A stretch of 64,000 nucleotides of DNA from positions 18,290,001 to 18,354,000 of the forward strand of contig OZ024765.1 of the NCBI GenBank assembly GCA_964016885.1, given 5' to 3'. Source of the stretch: Eledone cirrhosa (lineage: Eukaryota). Below, piece after piece: positions 36,300-51,564 of this stretch (within the stretch, counting starts at the first letter, position 1; each line of letters starts with the position of its first letter). A program made the translations under genes and the position numbers. The notes beneath the pieces were generated by a model. The model did not search any database, had not been told where the DNA came from, and was given only the letters and a program-made list of their open reading frames with translations.

Positions 36300-37130
36300 G
36301 AAGAATCGACCCCAGTAGTTGACTGGTACTTTTTTTATCAACCTCGAAAGGATGAAAGGCAAAGTTGTCCTCGTCGGGATTTGAACTCAGAGAGTTGAGA
36401 GCCGGAACTAATACCACAAGGCACCTCTATCCGACGTTCTAATGACTCTTATCAATTCCCTGCCTACTCTAACATTGATATAGGGATATAAATTTAGGGG
36501 AAACACAAGTCGATTATATAGCCCCTCCCCCCAATATTTAACTGGTATTTTATTTTATCGACTTGTTTCATCCTCACAAATAGCTAGACATGTGCTTAAA
36601 TTTGAAATCATTCGTAGATTGGCAGAATCAGTAAAGCGTCGGACAACAAGATTTGCCTTTCTTCTTTGCGGGGTCGATAAATAAAGTACCAGTAATACAC
36701 TGGGTCGATTTAATCGACCCCTCCCCAATTTTTTTTCAGATTGCTGGCCTTGTGTCTAAAGTAGAAACAATTATTGTTATTATTATTATGACATATAGTT
36801 GAGTTCAAATCCCGCCGAGGTTAACTTTGCCTTTCATCTTTACGGGGTCGATAAAATAAAGTACCAGTAATGTACTGGGGTAGATTTAATCGACTTTCCA
36901 CTCGCTCAAAATTGTTGGCCTTGTGCCTATATAAGTTATGACCCTCTACGTTCTGAGTTCAAATTCCGCCTAGGTTAGCTTTGCCTTTCTGTCGATAGAA
37001 TAGAGTACCAGTAATGCACTGGGGTCAATTTAATCATGTTTCCGCTCCCCTAAAAGTGTTGGCCGTGTGCCTAAATTAGAAATCATTATTGTTAGTAGTA
37101 TAAGGGCGGTGGTTTGAGAGAATCTGTAGA
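36300..37130. mobile_element. Cluster of SINE-A variants (minus 36300-36565, plus 36615-37130)
   Basis: Repeated B-box and GTCGATAAAATAAAGTACCAG bodies. Confidence 0.75.
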
Positions 37131-38960
37131 GACTTCTGGCGTCCTTGGCCCCAGGGCTACCTCCCTACTTACCACCATAGGCACTGAGCTTGCTACTACT
37201 AGCAGTGGAGACTTCTGGCGTCCTTGGCCCCAGGGCTACCTCCCTACTTACCACCATAGGCACTGAGCTTGCTACTACTAGCAGTGGAGACTTCTGGCGT
37301 CCTTGGCCCCAGGGCTACCTCCCTACTTACCACCATAGGCACTGAGCTTGCTACTACTAGCAGTGGAGACTTCTGGCGTCCTTGGCCCCAGGGCTACCTC
37401 CCTATTTACCACCATAGGCACTGAGCTGGCTACCTCTAGCAGTGGAGACTTCTGGCGTCCTTGGCCCTAGGGCTACCTCCCTATTTACCACCATAGGCAC
37501 TGAGCTGGCTACTACTAGCAGTGGAGACTTCTGGCGTCCTTGGCCCTAGGGCTACCTCCCTACTTACCACCATAGGCACTGAGCTGGCTACCTCTAGCAG
37601 TGGAGACTTCTGGCGTCCTTGGCCCCAGGGCTACCTCCCTACTTACCACCACAGGCACTGAGCTTGCTACTACTAGCAGTGGAGACTTCTGGCGTCTTGG
37701 CCCTAGGGCTACCTCCCTACTTACCACCATAGGCGCTGAGCTGGCTACTCCTAGCAGTGGAGACTTCTGGCGTCCTTGGCCCTAGGGCTACCTCCCTATT
37801 TACTACCATAGGCAGTGAGCTGGCTACCCCTAGTAGTGGAAACTTCTGGCGTCCTTGGCCCTAGGGCTACCTCTCTATTTACCACCATAGGCACTGAGCT
37901 GGCTACCTCTAGCAGTGGAGACTTCTGGCGTCCTTGGCCCTAGGGCTACCTCTCTACTTACCACCATAGGCACTGAGCTTGCTACTCCTAGCAGTGGAGA
38001 CTTCTGGCGTCCTTGTCCCTAGGGCTACCTCCCTACTTACCACCATAGGCACTGAGCTTGCTACTACTAGCAGTGGAGACTTCTGGCGTCCTTGTCCCTA
38101 GGGCTACCTCCCTACTTACCACCATAGGCACTGAGCTGACTACTCCTAGCAGTGGAGACTTCTGGCGTCCTTGTCCCTAGGGCTACCTCCCTACTTACCA
38201 CCATAGGCACTGAGCTGACTACTCCTAGTAGTGGAGACTTCTGGCGTCCTTGGCCCCAGGGCTACCTCCCTATTTACTACCACAGGCACTGAGCTTGCTA
38301 CTACTAGCAGTGGAGACTTCTGGCGTCCTTGGCCCCAGGGCTACCTCCCTACTTACCACCATAGGCACTGAGCTGGCTACTCCTAGCAGTGGAGACTCCT
38401 GGTGTCCTTGGACCTAGGGCTACCTCCCTACTTACCACCATAGGCACTGAGCTGGCTACTCCTAGCAGTGGAGACTCCTGGTGTCCTTGGACCTAGGGCT
38501 ACCTCCCTACTTACCACCATAGGCACTGAGCTGGCTACTCCTAGCAGTGGAGACTCCTGGTGTCCTTGGACCTAGGGCTACCTCCCTACTTACCACCATA
38601 GGCACTGAGCTGGCTACTCCTAGCAGTAGAGACTTCTGGTGTCCTTGGCCCTAGGGCTACCTCCCTACTTACCACCACAGGTACTGAGCTGGCTACTCCT
38701 AGCAGTGGAGACTTCTGGCGTCCTTGGCCCTAGGGCTACCTCTCTATTTACCACCATAGGCACTGAGCTTGCTACTACTAGCAGTGGAGACTTCTGGTGC
38801 CCTTGGCCCTAGGGCTACCGCCCTATTTACCACCATAGGCCCTGGGCTGGCCAGCCCCAGGTGTGAGCCCCGCGAGAGGGAATGTCACTTCCAGCGCATC
38901 TCCCTTACCATCCTCCAGGGAAACGCCTTCTCCATTCTGTCCGCCGGGGCTGTGCGGCGG
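37128..38960 (+). repeat. 79-bp tandem array (~21 copies) derived from a CRE-type RLE C-terminus, ending in the non-repeated LINE end
   Basis: The unit encodes AVETSGVLGPRATSLLTTIG. The last unit continues ...EPRERECHFQRISLTILQGNAFSIL, matching the P.A.ET.G..G...QR.S...Q.GNA motif of CRE-clade RLEs. Confidence 0.88.
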
Positions 38961-39164
38961 CCAGCAAGTGGGACCCCATTTGCTCATAATACTGAGAGAT
39001 GGGGAGGGCGAGAGAGAGGGAGGTTCGGCTATTCCGTGTCCGGACACACCGCACCCGTCATGTGCATCTTTTCAGAGCACTTTTTTCAAGGATCGCTTAG
39101 CCTAAAATCTGTACCAGTAATGTACTGGGATCGATCTAATCGACTTGCCCCTATCCCCAAAATT

Positions 39165-39316
39165 TCGACAGCTATTTCTGTCCAGAAATAGCTGTCGAAG
39201 TGGCTCGAGCTCTGCCGTCGGGGTTCTGACTCTTTTCATATTATCCACTCTACTACCCAAAGCTTCGAGTACTCTGGTGCGTTATGGTCCACCTGGTTCC
39301 TTACCACACTTCCTTC

Positions 39317-39320
<4 letters not shown>
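39165..39320 (+). mobile_element. Family P1 element
   Basis: TTCGACAGCTATTTCTG TCCAGAAATAGCTGTCGAA hairpin followed by the P1 3' end. Confidence 0.7.
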
Positions 39321-39389
<69 letters not shown>

Positions 39390-39427
39390 TTTACGTATCG
39401 AGAAAGAGAAAAAAAAGGGGGGATAGG

Positions 39428-39484
<57 letters not shown>

Positions 39485-39568
39485 AAAGGTAAACAGAAAT
39501 AACAGCACAATCGGTACAGTATATGAAAGGTATATATTAGGTTAACGCTTGATATAGCAGGAAGAGGG

Positions 39569-39603
39569 TCTTAACGTTTCAGACACTAGTCCTTCATCAG
39601 AAT
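39569..39603 (-). ncRNA. Minimal hammerhead in a Penelope-type end (39482-40080)
   Basis: CTGATGA-AGGAC TAGT GTCT-GAAA-CG-T-TA-AGA. The tail is shared with 7266-7353. Confidence 0.55.
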
Positions 39604-40096
39604 AAAGAAGGAGAAATAAGATAGATTGAAGGGACGGGCGGGTTGGAATTGGAAAAAATGTCTTTAGATAAAAATAACAGGTCCATTCATGTTGACATCT
39701 CTTGCAAAACTGTTGGTGCTGGCGTTTTGTGTATGATTTATTTTTTAGAAAAGTGGATGATGGAGCGCGTCTACCTGAAATAGAAATGTATATATGCACG
39801 TATATATGCATCTTCTTATGGTTATGGGCATATCACCCTCCCGCAGAGAGCAGGTTATATAAAGCAACGTTAAGAGGGCTTGAATAAACTTGACCTTGTT
39901 ATTAACGCAGTGACAATAGCCCTTACTTATCTCTGTACATCAGAGCGGAGATCTAAGTGTAAACGCTATCATTTAAAATTACATTGCATAATTAAACTGG
40001 TTAAGATTGTGATTACATAATCTAAATTAGGATATAAGGTGTCGTTCGACATACTAGTAATTTTAGCCTGATTTCCCTCAATTATATATATATATA

Positions 40097-40285
40097 AGGG
40101 CGGTGAATTGGCAGTATCGGTAGAGGGTTGGACGCCATGCTTTCTAGCATAGTTACGTCCATTTACAGTCTGAGTTCAAACCCGCCGAGGTTAACTTTGC
40201 CTTTCATCCTTACGGGGTCGATAAAATAAAGTACCAGTAATGTACTGGGTAATTGCTGGCCTTGTGCCTAAAGTAGAAACAATTA
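40097..40285 (+). mobile_element. Full-length SINE-A
   Basis: Consensus match, flanked by the direct repeat AATTATATATATATATAA. Confidence 0.9.
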
Positions 40286-40612
40286 TATATATATATAAAT
40301 GGAAAAAATGAAACGAAATTTCATTTCTCACTCTTAGTACGGCTGTTACTTAAATATAAGTATGTATACGTACATACATATATGTATACAGACGTACAGT
40401 AGTATGTATATATATATATAGTATGTATATATATACATACATGCACACACATATATATATGTACGTATGGATTCACCGAACATTTATTATAATGGTCGGT
40501 GTGTTTGTAAACAAACATCCCGAATTAAGCCGTAGTGTCTAGCAACCATCGTATGATTCCTTGAAGATTAATAATGCATCACTCTGATGTCTGTACCCTT
40601 AGTGGAGCTTAA

Positions 40613-40684
<72 letters not shown>

Positions 40685-40744
40685 GATAAATAAAAAGAAT
40701 TAAAATGGCGTGGACATTACAATACAACCGGAGGAAACATAATA

Positions 40745-40790
40745 TTACCACTGATGATGTCACAGTTGTGTGACGAAAGAACTTTGATAG
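40745..40790 (+). ncRNA. Minimal hammerhead (family P2)
   Basis: TTACCA-CTGATGA-TGTCACA GTTG TGTGAC-GAAA-GAAC-TT-TGATAG. Confidence 0.65.
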
Positions 40791-40980
40791 ACTATATATA
40801 TATATTTATATCTGTATTTTAACAGTTAGTCAATCAATGATAAACATTGATTGCCAAATAAATTAACTATGGAGATATAAAAGATACAGAAGCGAAAACC
40901 AACCCAAACCAAACAGTGTGTGTGTTCTGTTATTATTTCTGGCAATATTATAACGATAACAAGATATATACACACACACA

Positions 40981-41047
<67 letters not shown>

Positions 41048-41711
41048 CTATACACTGTTTCAAAAAGCTCAAGATATTTTTACCAAAGAAATTATAATCA
41101 TGTCTGAGGTATTATATAATTCGTATTACATAACCAAGATTTATTTGGAAACTGGATAACTTTACAGCTTAATTAGTCTACCATAACAATTACCTTAAAT
41201 CTAGATTAGTTAGAATCAACACCAAATAAAACACACGTGTGTATATAAATAATAACATTGACTATAATATATTTCTTCAGCAAAGTTTTTCTTGCTTATG
41301 TAGCTGGAACTTTAAGGATTTATTAAATTGTTTTATATTTTATCTGCTTACAGAACTATAGGAGACGATAATATAAATAAGGTTTTGCCACACTTAAAAA
41401 AATATGATTCTTTTATATAACGGAAAAGTTTCCTTTAAATGTTTCCATACATGAATTAAGATTCAAATTTACTTGTTAACATAGCATACATCATTTCCTG
41501 ATCTGTATTCAGTCATATACGCATTCATTATTTTTTCATGAATTTTCATATTTGACTTTTGAGACGTATCTCATGTTATATTATATTTTATGGTTGTATG
41601 GAAGCACGTAACGCGCAGCATTTATTATTTTTTTTTAAACTGTTTAATACTTTAACCCTGTCGTAATCTGTTTTCACAAGCTCCTTTGACATAATTTAGG
41701 TATCTATTATA

Positions 41712-41900
41712 ATTGTTTCTACTTTTGGCACAAGGCCAGCAATTACCCGGTGCATTACTGGTACTTTATTTTATCGACCCCGTAAGGATGAAAGGCAAAG
41801 TTAACCTCGACGGGATTTGAACTGAGAATGGCAAGGGCCGTAACTCTATGCGTCAAAGCATGGCGTCCGACCGAACCTCAACCGATACTGCCAATCCACC
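41712..41900 (-). mobile_element. SINE-A with a 17-bp TSD
   Basis: TAGGTATCTATTATAAT at 41697-41713 and 41926-41942. Confidence 0.9.
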
Positions 41901-42285
41901 TCATATATAATATGTTATATTATAATAGGTATCTATTATAATATAACATTTAGTAATTTAATTAATGCACAAAAGTACTGAATTTTTATTATACTGCTAC
42001 TAAATGTACTTTTGATTACATCTTGTGTGGCTTTTAAATGTAATAACACCTGGCATGCTGTATTTTATACAATATGAGTCTGATCTCTATTATGATGTCA
42101 CTTTTTGCATGTTTATATCTTGATACTTGTAACAACATGTATACTCCGAAAGATATGTAGACTACCAGACTAATACCCAGCATATATTGAGGTGGGGTGG
42201 GCTGATGTACATTGAAACGTACGTAGAGTAAAACCTAAACTGGTTATTCGTTCTTAATTTAATTTACACACACACACACATACAT

Positions 42286-42646
42286 GGTGGTTGCCAACTC
42301 GTTTTCAAGTACGGCCACTACTTTATATCCATGTAGGAGAACCCCTACCGATGCGCTGAACGAGTGTGACTTTTTAGTCCAGCCAGCGACTTGAAAACTC
42401 TGGTACAAACACTACACTTGTGACAATTATTGACACATAGTGCTGGGCCCATGGTACCATGTGACGACAAGTGCAGACTGATCTCCAGATATAAAGCAAT
42501 GCCTGTGCCGTGAAGCTTTTATAGTGAGCAAAGGCACTGCACAAAGCCAGTCTCACTCTCTTAACCAAGATGATATTTACCAAAAAGAAGAACAAGTCAA
42601 CATCATTGGATACCATCAGAGTTGCAGGTGTTATATCAGAGTTTTC
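42286..42646 (-). mobile_element. Family N element, 5'-truncated, in (CATA)n
   Basis: Near-identical to 16668-17056. Confidence 0.8.
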
Positions 42647-42685
42647 ACATACATACATACATACATACATACATACATACATACA

Positions 42686-42825
<140 letters not shown>

Positions 42826-42844
42826 TTTGTTCGTCTTCTGTGTC

Positions 42845-44340
42845 CACTTAATTCTGAGAGGCTCGTGGAGACAGATTCCTCAAACACTCCTTCCAGTGGG
42901 TCCTACTAGAAGAAACCGTCTCCAACTGATCCAGCTGGATCTCCAAGCGAGACCAGCCAAGCTCATGGACGTTATCCAACTATCGGGTTCTACCCCTGGG
43001 TCTCCTGCCAGTTGGTTTTGTCCCGTAAAATACATGTCAAGCAATTCTTTCCTGAAATATTCTAACCAATGCCCATAATATTGGAGCTGTGATCTCTCAA
43101 TCCGTAGACGTAGTGGCTCTACCTGGAGTGAAAATCTCATCTCCGAGTTACGCCTCTATCGAGTAACGTTACTCCAAAGACCCTTAAGAGGAATCCCATG
43201 TCGGCCGCTTGTATTCGTGATCGTATTCTTTCGGTCATTACTCAAGATTCTTAACCATGGGTAAGGGTTGGCACGAATACCGAATTGAAGATAGCGCGTT
43301 TGGCTTTAACAACTACCTAGCTTTTTCTGAATATCGAATGCTGAACCTGGTACATTACTGCACCAGCTCCTGCGATTCTTGCACTTAATTCAGCCTCCTG
43401 CCTTCCATCACTGGTGAACCCCGAGATACTTGAACTTCTCTACCTGCTTAAGTAAAACTCCATTCACATGTAGAGTGCACTATACAGGTTTCCTTGAGAA
43501 GACGAGTCTCTCAGTCTTCGCAGCATTGATTTTCATTCCAGGCATGCAACAATCGGCATCAAACTTATCAAGTCCAAGTCGGAGATCACCCCCTGTCGAG
43601 TTAAATAACACCATGTCGTCTGCAAATACCAGCCGACTGAATTAACACTCGCCAGTTGTGATGCTACTTCCAACCTAAACTTTGCATATCAATCCTGTTC
43701 ATGAAAATAATGAACAGGAGAGGTGACAGTACGCATCCTTGGCGGACACCGACTCCCACATTGAATGATTTCGATTTAGCACCATTTATCTAAACACAAA
43801 TACTCGTTTATTCGTATAGAGACATCATGGCAGCAAGGAGATGACCATCGATCCCAAACTCCTGTACAACCTTCCAGAACAGCTCCCGAAGAACGCGGTC
43901 CTATGCCTTTTCGAGGTCGGCTGTGCTGCATCTGGGCCGAAAAGCTCACTGTTCATCAGTTAACTTGGACTCGACAGCATCTGTTTGCCAGACATTTAGA
44001 ATAGACTTTACCGAGGAGGCTTAACAAGGAGATCCCTCTGTAAATGGAACAATCTCTCTTGTCTCACTTTTTAAAAATTGGGATTGTCACTCCCGATTGC
44101 CATTGCTTAGATTCCTTTCCAGAGATCCAGGCCACCCGGCACACATGAGTCAGCCAGAGAATACCTTCTCTATTTAAGGCTTTTATCATCTCGGAATGGA
44201 TTTCATCTTCCCTAGCGGCCTTGTCACATTTGAGCTCTTTAACTGCTCTTCAGACCTCGGCCTCTGATAGATGAGTCACCTTTCCCAGATGCACCACGTC
44301 TATATCACACGATACTCTTGTGATCGGCTTTAGGGGATCA
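42845..44340 (-). mobile_element. Degenerate RTE LINE ORF2 (RT domain to 3' end)
   Basis: Minus-strand remnants of DLEKA.DRV, GVRQGCVLSPLLFIIFM, FADD, VEKFKYLG and LQVEPLRLRIERSQLQYYGH, with stops and frameshifts. Confidence 0.85.
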
Positions 44341-44504
44341 GCAAAGCTTTCCCTCTACCTCTCTCTCTCTCCTGCGCACGTGTGTTTACTGTTTTACTCT
44401 TTTACCTGTTCTAAATATTCGGTTGCGGCCATGCTGGGGCACCGCACTTGAAAAATCAGCAGAAATATTTGAGTAACTCTTACACCTGCATACACACACA
44501 CACT

Positions 44505-45066
<562 letters not shown>

Positions 45067-45180
45067 TTTAGAATACCTTGTTTATAGCTGTTTCAATTCC
45101 ATAGCCACTTGTATTAAAACCTCTCAGCTCAGCTCAACTGTCAAAGGGAGATCACTCTCATTGTCTTATTATGTATGATA

Positions 45181-45372
45181 AGGCGGTTGATTGGTAGTAT
45201 CGGTAGAGAATCAGCCAACATGCTTTGCAGCACAGAGTTATGGCCCTTTGCGTACTGAGTTCAAATCCCGCCGAGGTTAACTTTGCCTTTCATCCTTACG
45301 GGGTCGATAAAATAAAGTATCAGTAATGCACTGGGTAATTGCTGGCCTTGTGCCAAAAGTAGAAACAATTAT
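45181..45372 (+). mobile_element. Full-length SINE-A
   Basis: Consensus match, with imperfect TSD ATTAT(G/T)TATGAT. Confidence 0.85.
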
Positions 45373-45890
45373 TTATGATGGAATCTACATACATTGTCTG
45401 TTATAACTACAGTTTATTTTGTTCAACTCAGGGAGATTCTTTTTTATCATAACTTACTTAAAATATTGATAGTCTCGGTAAACTAAGCTAGATCCGTGAT
45501 CCGTCTCACTCTCTTCCACAACCTATCTTTGCATAATGTCTTATTTTCATTGTTCAACAAACACACACACACGTCTACACTCACACACACACGTCTACAC
45601 ACACACACACACACGGACACGTCTACACACACACACACACACACACATATAATCATATATACACATACACATACACATATATGTATACACATACACACAC
45701 TGACTCACAGACACACACACACGTCTACACACACACACATACACAGATACGTCTACACACACACACACATATATATACATATATACACATACACATATAT
45801 ATATACACATACACACACTGACTCACAGACACACACACACATACATACACACATATATATATTCACACATACACATACTGACTCATGCAC

Positions 45891-46016
<126 letters not shown>

Positions 46017-46219
46017 ATAATTATTTAAAATATCTTGTTACTCTTTAGCTAATTTTCCGCTGTTTCCATTGAACAACCAACCAAGATATTAAACCAACTC
46101 GGCTCAACAGTCCAAGGGAGATCACTCTCATTGTCTTTTATTGTCAGTTTAATTATTTCAACTGAAACTGGTTGTTTCATAACATTTGAAGATATTTAGC
46201 TTGACTGTATGTTGTGTGA

Positions 46220-46533
46220 TGTAGTAGTGGTGGTAGTGGTGGTGGTGGTGGTGGTAGTGGTGGTGGTGGTGGTAGTGGTGGTGGTGTTAGTGGTAGTGGT
46301 GGTGGTGGTGGTGGTGGTGGTAGTGGTGGTGGTGGTGGTGGTGGTGGTAGTGGTGGTGGTAGTGGTGTTAGTGGTAGTGGTGGTGGTGGTAATAGTAGTG
46401 TTAGTGGTGGTGGTGGTAGTAGTGGTAGTGGTAGTGGTGGTGGTCGTAGTGGTGGTAGTAGTAATGGTGGTAGTAATGGTGGTGGTATAGGGGTAGTAGT
46501 AGTGGTGATGATAATAGTAGCAGTAGTAGTAGC

Positions 46534-46565
<32 letters not shown>

Positions 46566-46665
46566 CAGTAGTAGTAGTAGTAGTAGTAGTTGTTGCTGTT
46601 GAAGTGGCAATTGTGGTGTATTTGTTGTGGTGGTGGTGATAATGATAGTGATGATGATGATGATA
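46220..46665. repeat. (GGT)n/(AGT)n tract
   Basis: Read directly from the sequence. Confidence 0.9.
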
Positions 46666-46809
46666 AACAATTTCTTACAAGGACTGGGACACAACTTCTC
46701 TGTGAAGGAAATGGTGTATTATTGTATTAAACCTGCCTCTAAACCTGAGTACATAACTGGTATATTTCTCTATTCACCTCCAGGCGGCTGAAACGTAAAT
46801 GTGAATGCG

Positions 46810-46898
<89 letters not shown>

Positions 46899-46901
<3 letters not shown>

Positions 46902-47341
46902 TGGAGCTCTGAAATAGCAATATATATATGGATGTATATATAATGTATTTTGCAATACACTTTATGCTTAATTAAAAGCATTTTGAAGACCGTAAGCTAT
47001 TGTTTTAAAGTAGTGACAAATTCACTCACTCTGATCTCAGCAAACAGGGGAGATAAGCCGACATGACATGTTTCGCTTTGGTTGAAGCTTATCAAGGCCA
47101 ACTACCCACCTGTCTACTGAGATCAATGATGTTATATTCTTATAGAAATCTAGTAAATAATCAGGAGCTGATTATGCAGAGCGGTTGTTGGTCAGGCAGA
47201 AATTAAAAATTAGAATTGGAGCTCTGAAATAGCAATATATATATGGATGTATATATAATGTATTTTGCAATACACTTTATGCTTAATTAAAAGCATTTTG
47301 AAGACCGTAAGCTATTGTTTTAAAGTAGTGACAAATTCACT
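46899..47341 (-). mobile_element. Family P5 element: 315-bp unit with a ~128-bp terminal direct repeat, in (TA)n
   Basis: 46899-47026 is repeated at 47214-47341. Homologous to 9800-10030. Confidence 0.8.
47056..47099 (-). ncRNA. Type I hammerhead ribozyme with U3-A8 core (family P5)
   Basis: GGCC-TTGATAA-GCTT CAACCA AAGC-GAAA-CATG T CATG-TC-GGCT. Confidence 0.75.
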
Positions 47342-47347
47342 ATACAT

Positions 47348-47415
<68 letters not shown>

Positions 47416-47601
47416 AGGTAAATATCTGTCTGAGTACTAAGTACCCATAGAGATATATAGGGTGTCTATAATATAATTGTTGTTCTATGGTACTAATTCG
47501 AGATACCAGAACTATAAAAATTGAGAGGAGCAGAACCAACAAACATTAAACAATCCTTTAAATAAATTAAAAACTGATTTAAATATCTACCTGTTCGTAA
47601 T

Positions 47602-47681
47602 GCTATTACCAGCGGTTTCCATTTACAAAAGATTGGAAATTCAGAGAATTTCTAACGGAAAAGTAAACTTCATCAGATAGC
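47602..47681 (-). ncRNA. Type I hammerhead ribozyme
   Basis: GCTAT-CTGATGA-AGTTTAC..GTAAATG-GAAA-CCG C TGG-TA-ATAGC. Confidence 0.7.
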
Positions 47682-48129
47682 TATTTCCATCCTATAGGAC
47701 TAAGTCCCACGGTCTGCAAATATAATTGTTTCTACTTTAGGCACAAGGCCAGCAATTACCCAGTGCATTACTGGTACTTTGTTTTATCGACCCCGTAAGG
47801 ATGAAAGGCAAAGTCAACCTCGGCGGGATTTGAACTCAGATCGTAAAGGGACGTAACTATGCTGGAAAGCATGGCGCCCGACCCTCTACTGATACTGCCA
47901 ATCCACGCCCCGGTCTGCAAATATAATGCCAACTACCAGCTCGTATGAGTTATGGCCCTTAAAGTGACCCACACGTGAACTGGCCGCTAGTGAAAGCGGC
48001 AATATTACAGACGTGTTGATGGCTTTGTTGCTAACGCGTGTGGGTCACTTTAACGGCCATAACTCATACGAGCTGGTAGTTGGCATTATATTTGCAGACC
48101 GTGGGACTTAGTCCTATAGGATGGAAATA

Positions 48130-48209
48130 GCTATCTGATGAAGTTTACTTTTCCGTTAGAAATTCTCTGAATTTCTAAACTTTTGTAAATCGAAACCGCC
48201 GGTAATAGC
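48130..48209 (+). ncRNA. Type I hammerhead ribozyme
   Basis: GCTAT-CTGATGA-AGTTTAC..AGAAATTC TCT GAATTTCT..GTAAATC-GAAA-CCG C CGG-TA-ATAGC. Confidence 0.78.
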
Positions 48210-48289
48210 ATTACGAACAGGTAGATATTTAAATCCTTTTTTAATTTATTTAAAGGATTGTTTAATGTTTGTTTGTTCTGCTCCTCTCA

Positions 48290-48339
<50 letters not shown>

Positions 48340-48600
48340 AGAAGTTCTATTTAAATTGTTGGGATACAACAAGCAAATATTTTTATTTAGTTACATTTCT
48401 CTCTCTTATTCCTCTCTCTCTCTTTCTTTCTCGGTAACCCACGGCTTATTTAAATCTTCTCTAATTTAAAAATATCCAATACTAATTTACATAATAGTAT
48501 AAATAAATTTATAACCCCACTATCCGGGAGCTTCCAACAGTAATGGTTGCATTCTTTAAGGGTATGTCAATATTTATTTATAAAACTGCTCTATATTATA

Positions 48601-48662
48601 TTTTATCTGATGAAAGCACATCATAATTTAACTTGGTGTCCTTGAAATATGTATAATGAAAT
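48601..48662 (+). ncRNA. Minimal hammerhead (family P3)
   Basis: TTTTAT-CTGATGA-AAGCAC..GTGTCCTT-GAAA-TATG-TA-TA-ATGAAA. Confidence 0.55.
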
Positions 48663-48703
48663 AAATATGGTTTTATAAATATAGTTTCCATTTGTTAATA
48701 TAT

Positions 48704-49760
<1,057 letters not shown>

Positions 49761-49902
49761 TAATATATATACATTTAAACATACATATATATATATATAT
49801 TTGTGGTATTTAATAAGAGGTATTTAATTTGTTGAAAGTCCGACAAACATAAATGTTTATAACTGATTTAGAGCACTCAACAGTAAACTGGAGTAATTAA
49901 TC

Positions 49903-50216
49903 AATGATATTAAATAAATGGAAACTATATTTATAAAACCATATTTATTTTATTATATATATTTCAAGAGTACCAAGACAACATTGGTACGCTTTCATCA
50001 GATAAAATACAAAGTTTGTTATCGGCTGGAAATTCACTGGATAGTGAATTTTCCAACCGATAAGCTATGATTTTCATGGGTATGTCTCTATTTATAAAAC
50101 AAACTTTGTATTTTATCTGATGAAAGCGAACCAATGTTGTCTTGGTTACCTTTGAAATATATATAATAAAATAAATATGGTTTTATAAATATAGTTTCCA
50201 TTTATTTAATATCATT
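49903..50216. mobile_element. Inverted family P3 element with two divergent hammerheads (49947-50008 minus; 50111-50172 plus)
   Basis: Arms of ~117 bp. Each reads ATTTTAT-CTGATGA-AAGCG.ACCAA..TTGGT..TT-GAAA-TATA-TA-TA-ATAAAAT. Confidence 0.75.
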
Positions 50217-50231
50217 GTATATATATATATC

Positions 50232-50322
<91 letters not shown>

Positions 50323-50344
50323 CATATACACACATATATACATA

Positions 50345-51218
50345 AAAAATTGTTAATCATCTTGCCAGCAACAACCCTGAGTACCTTTTTGATTTCCATG
50401 TGTCTAACACACGTGGGCATGCCCACAAAATAAGAAAACAGCTCAGTTCCCATGACTTTTGGAAACATTTTTTCTCGCTCAGAGTTGCTGAAGCATGGAA
50501 CAAACTACCTGCATCAGTTGCTAGCTGTCGAGACACTGCATCCTTTAAAACCTCCATGGAACAAACTACCTGCATCAGTTGTTAGCTGTCGAGACACTGC
50601 ATCCTTTAAAACCTCCATGGAACAAACTCCCTGCATCAGTTGTTAGCTGTCGAGACTCTGCATCCTTTAAAACCTCCATGGAACAAACTACCTGCATCAG
50701 TTATTAGCTGTCGAGACACTGCATCCTTTAAAACCTCCATAGAACAAACTAGCTGCATCAGTTGTTAGCTGTTGAGACACTGCATCCTTTAAAACCTTCA
50801 TGGAACAAGCTCCCTGCATCAGTTGTTAGCTGTCGAGACACTGCATCCTTTAAAACCTCCATGGAACAAACTACCTGCATCAGTTGTTAGCTGTCGAGAC
50901 ACTGCATCCTTTAAAACCTCCATGGAACAAACTCCCTGCATCAGTTGTTAGCTGTCGAGACACTGCATCCTTTAAAACCTTCATGGAACAAACTACCTGC
51001 ATCAGTTGTTAGCTGTCGAGACACTGCATCCTTTAAAACCTCCATGCTTCCCGAGATTCGCCAACACTACACCTAATATTCCCCCTCCATACACATACAC
51101 ACATGTATTTCATGACTCATACACTATTCACTTCCCTGACATTTGTATATTATTCTATGTACTATACATACACCTTTGACGAGTTGTAGTGCACCTGAGC
51201 ACTTTACACAATAATTTC

Positions 51219-51244
<26 letters not shown>
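50345..51244 (+). mobile_element. CR1-group LINE 3' end with an internal 61-bp x9 tandem array (50494-51046) and (ATT)n tail
   Basis: SNTRGHAHKIRK..KHFFSLRVAEAWNKLPASVV...SFK. The unit is bounded by CATG microhomology. Confidence 0.9.
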
Positions 51245-51278
<34 letters not shown>

Positions 51279-51330
51279 GAAAGGTATAGAAAACATTGTA
51301 GCGTAAAGCCAACAGTATTCCATAATATAT

Positions 51331-51388
<58 letters not shown>

Positions 51389-51564
51389 CACACTCACTGT
51401 TTGGTTGGTTTTCACTTCTGTCTCTTTTATATCAGTTAATTCATTCGGTCCTCAATGTTTACCATTGACTGACCAACGGTCAAAAATACAGATATAATAT
51501 AGATATAAACACATATATATAGTTTAACAAAGGATGGCGTAAATATACAATACAACAGGAGGAC

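Larger units (their letters stand above)
47518..48292. mobile_element. Large inverted Penelope-type element with an HHR in each arm; SINE-A (47725-47910, minus) inserted in the left arm
   Basis: Arms of ~260 bp with a ~60-bp spacer. SINE TSD CGGTCTGCAAATATAAT at 47710-47726 and 47911-47927. Confidence 0.85.
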
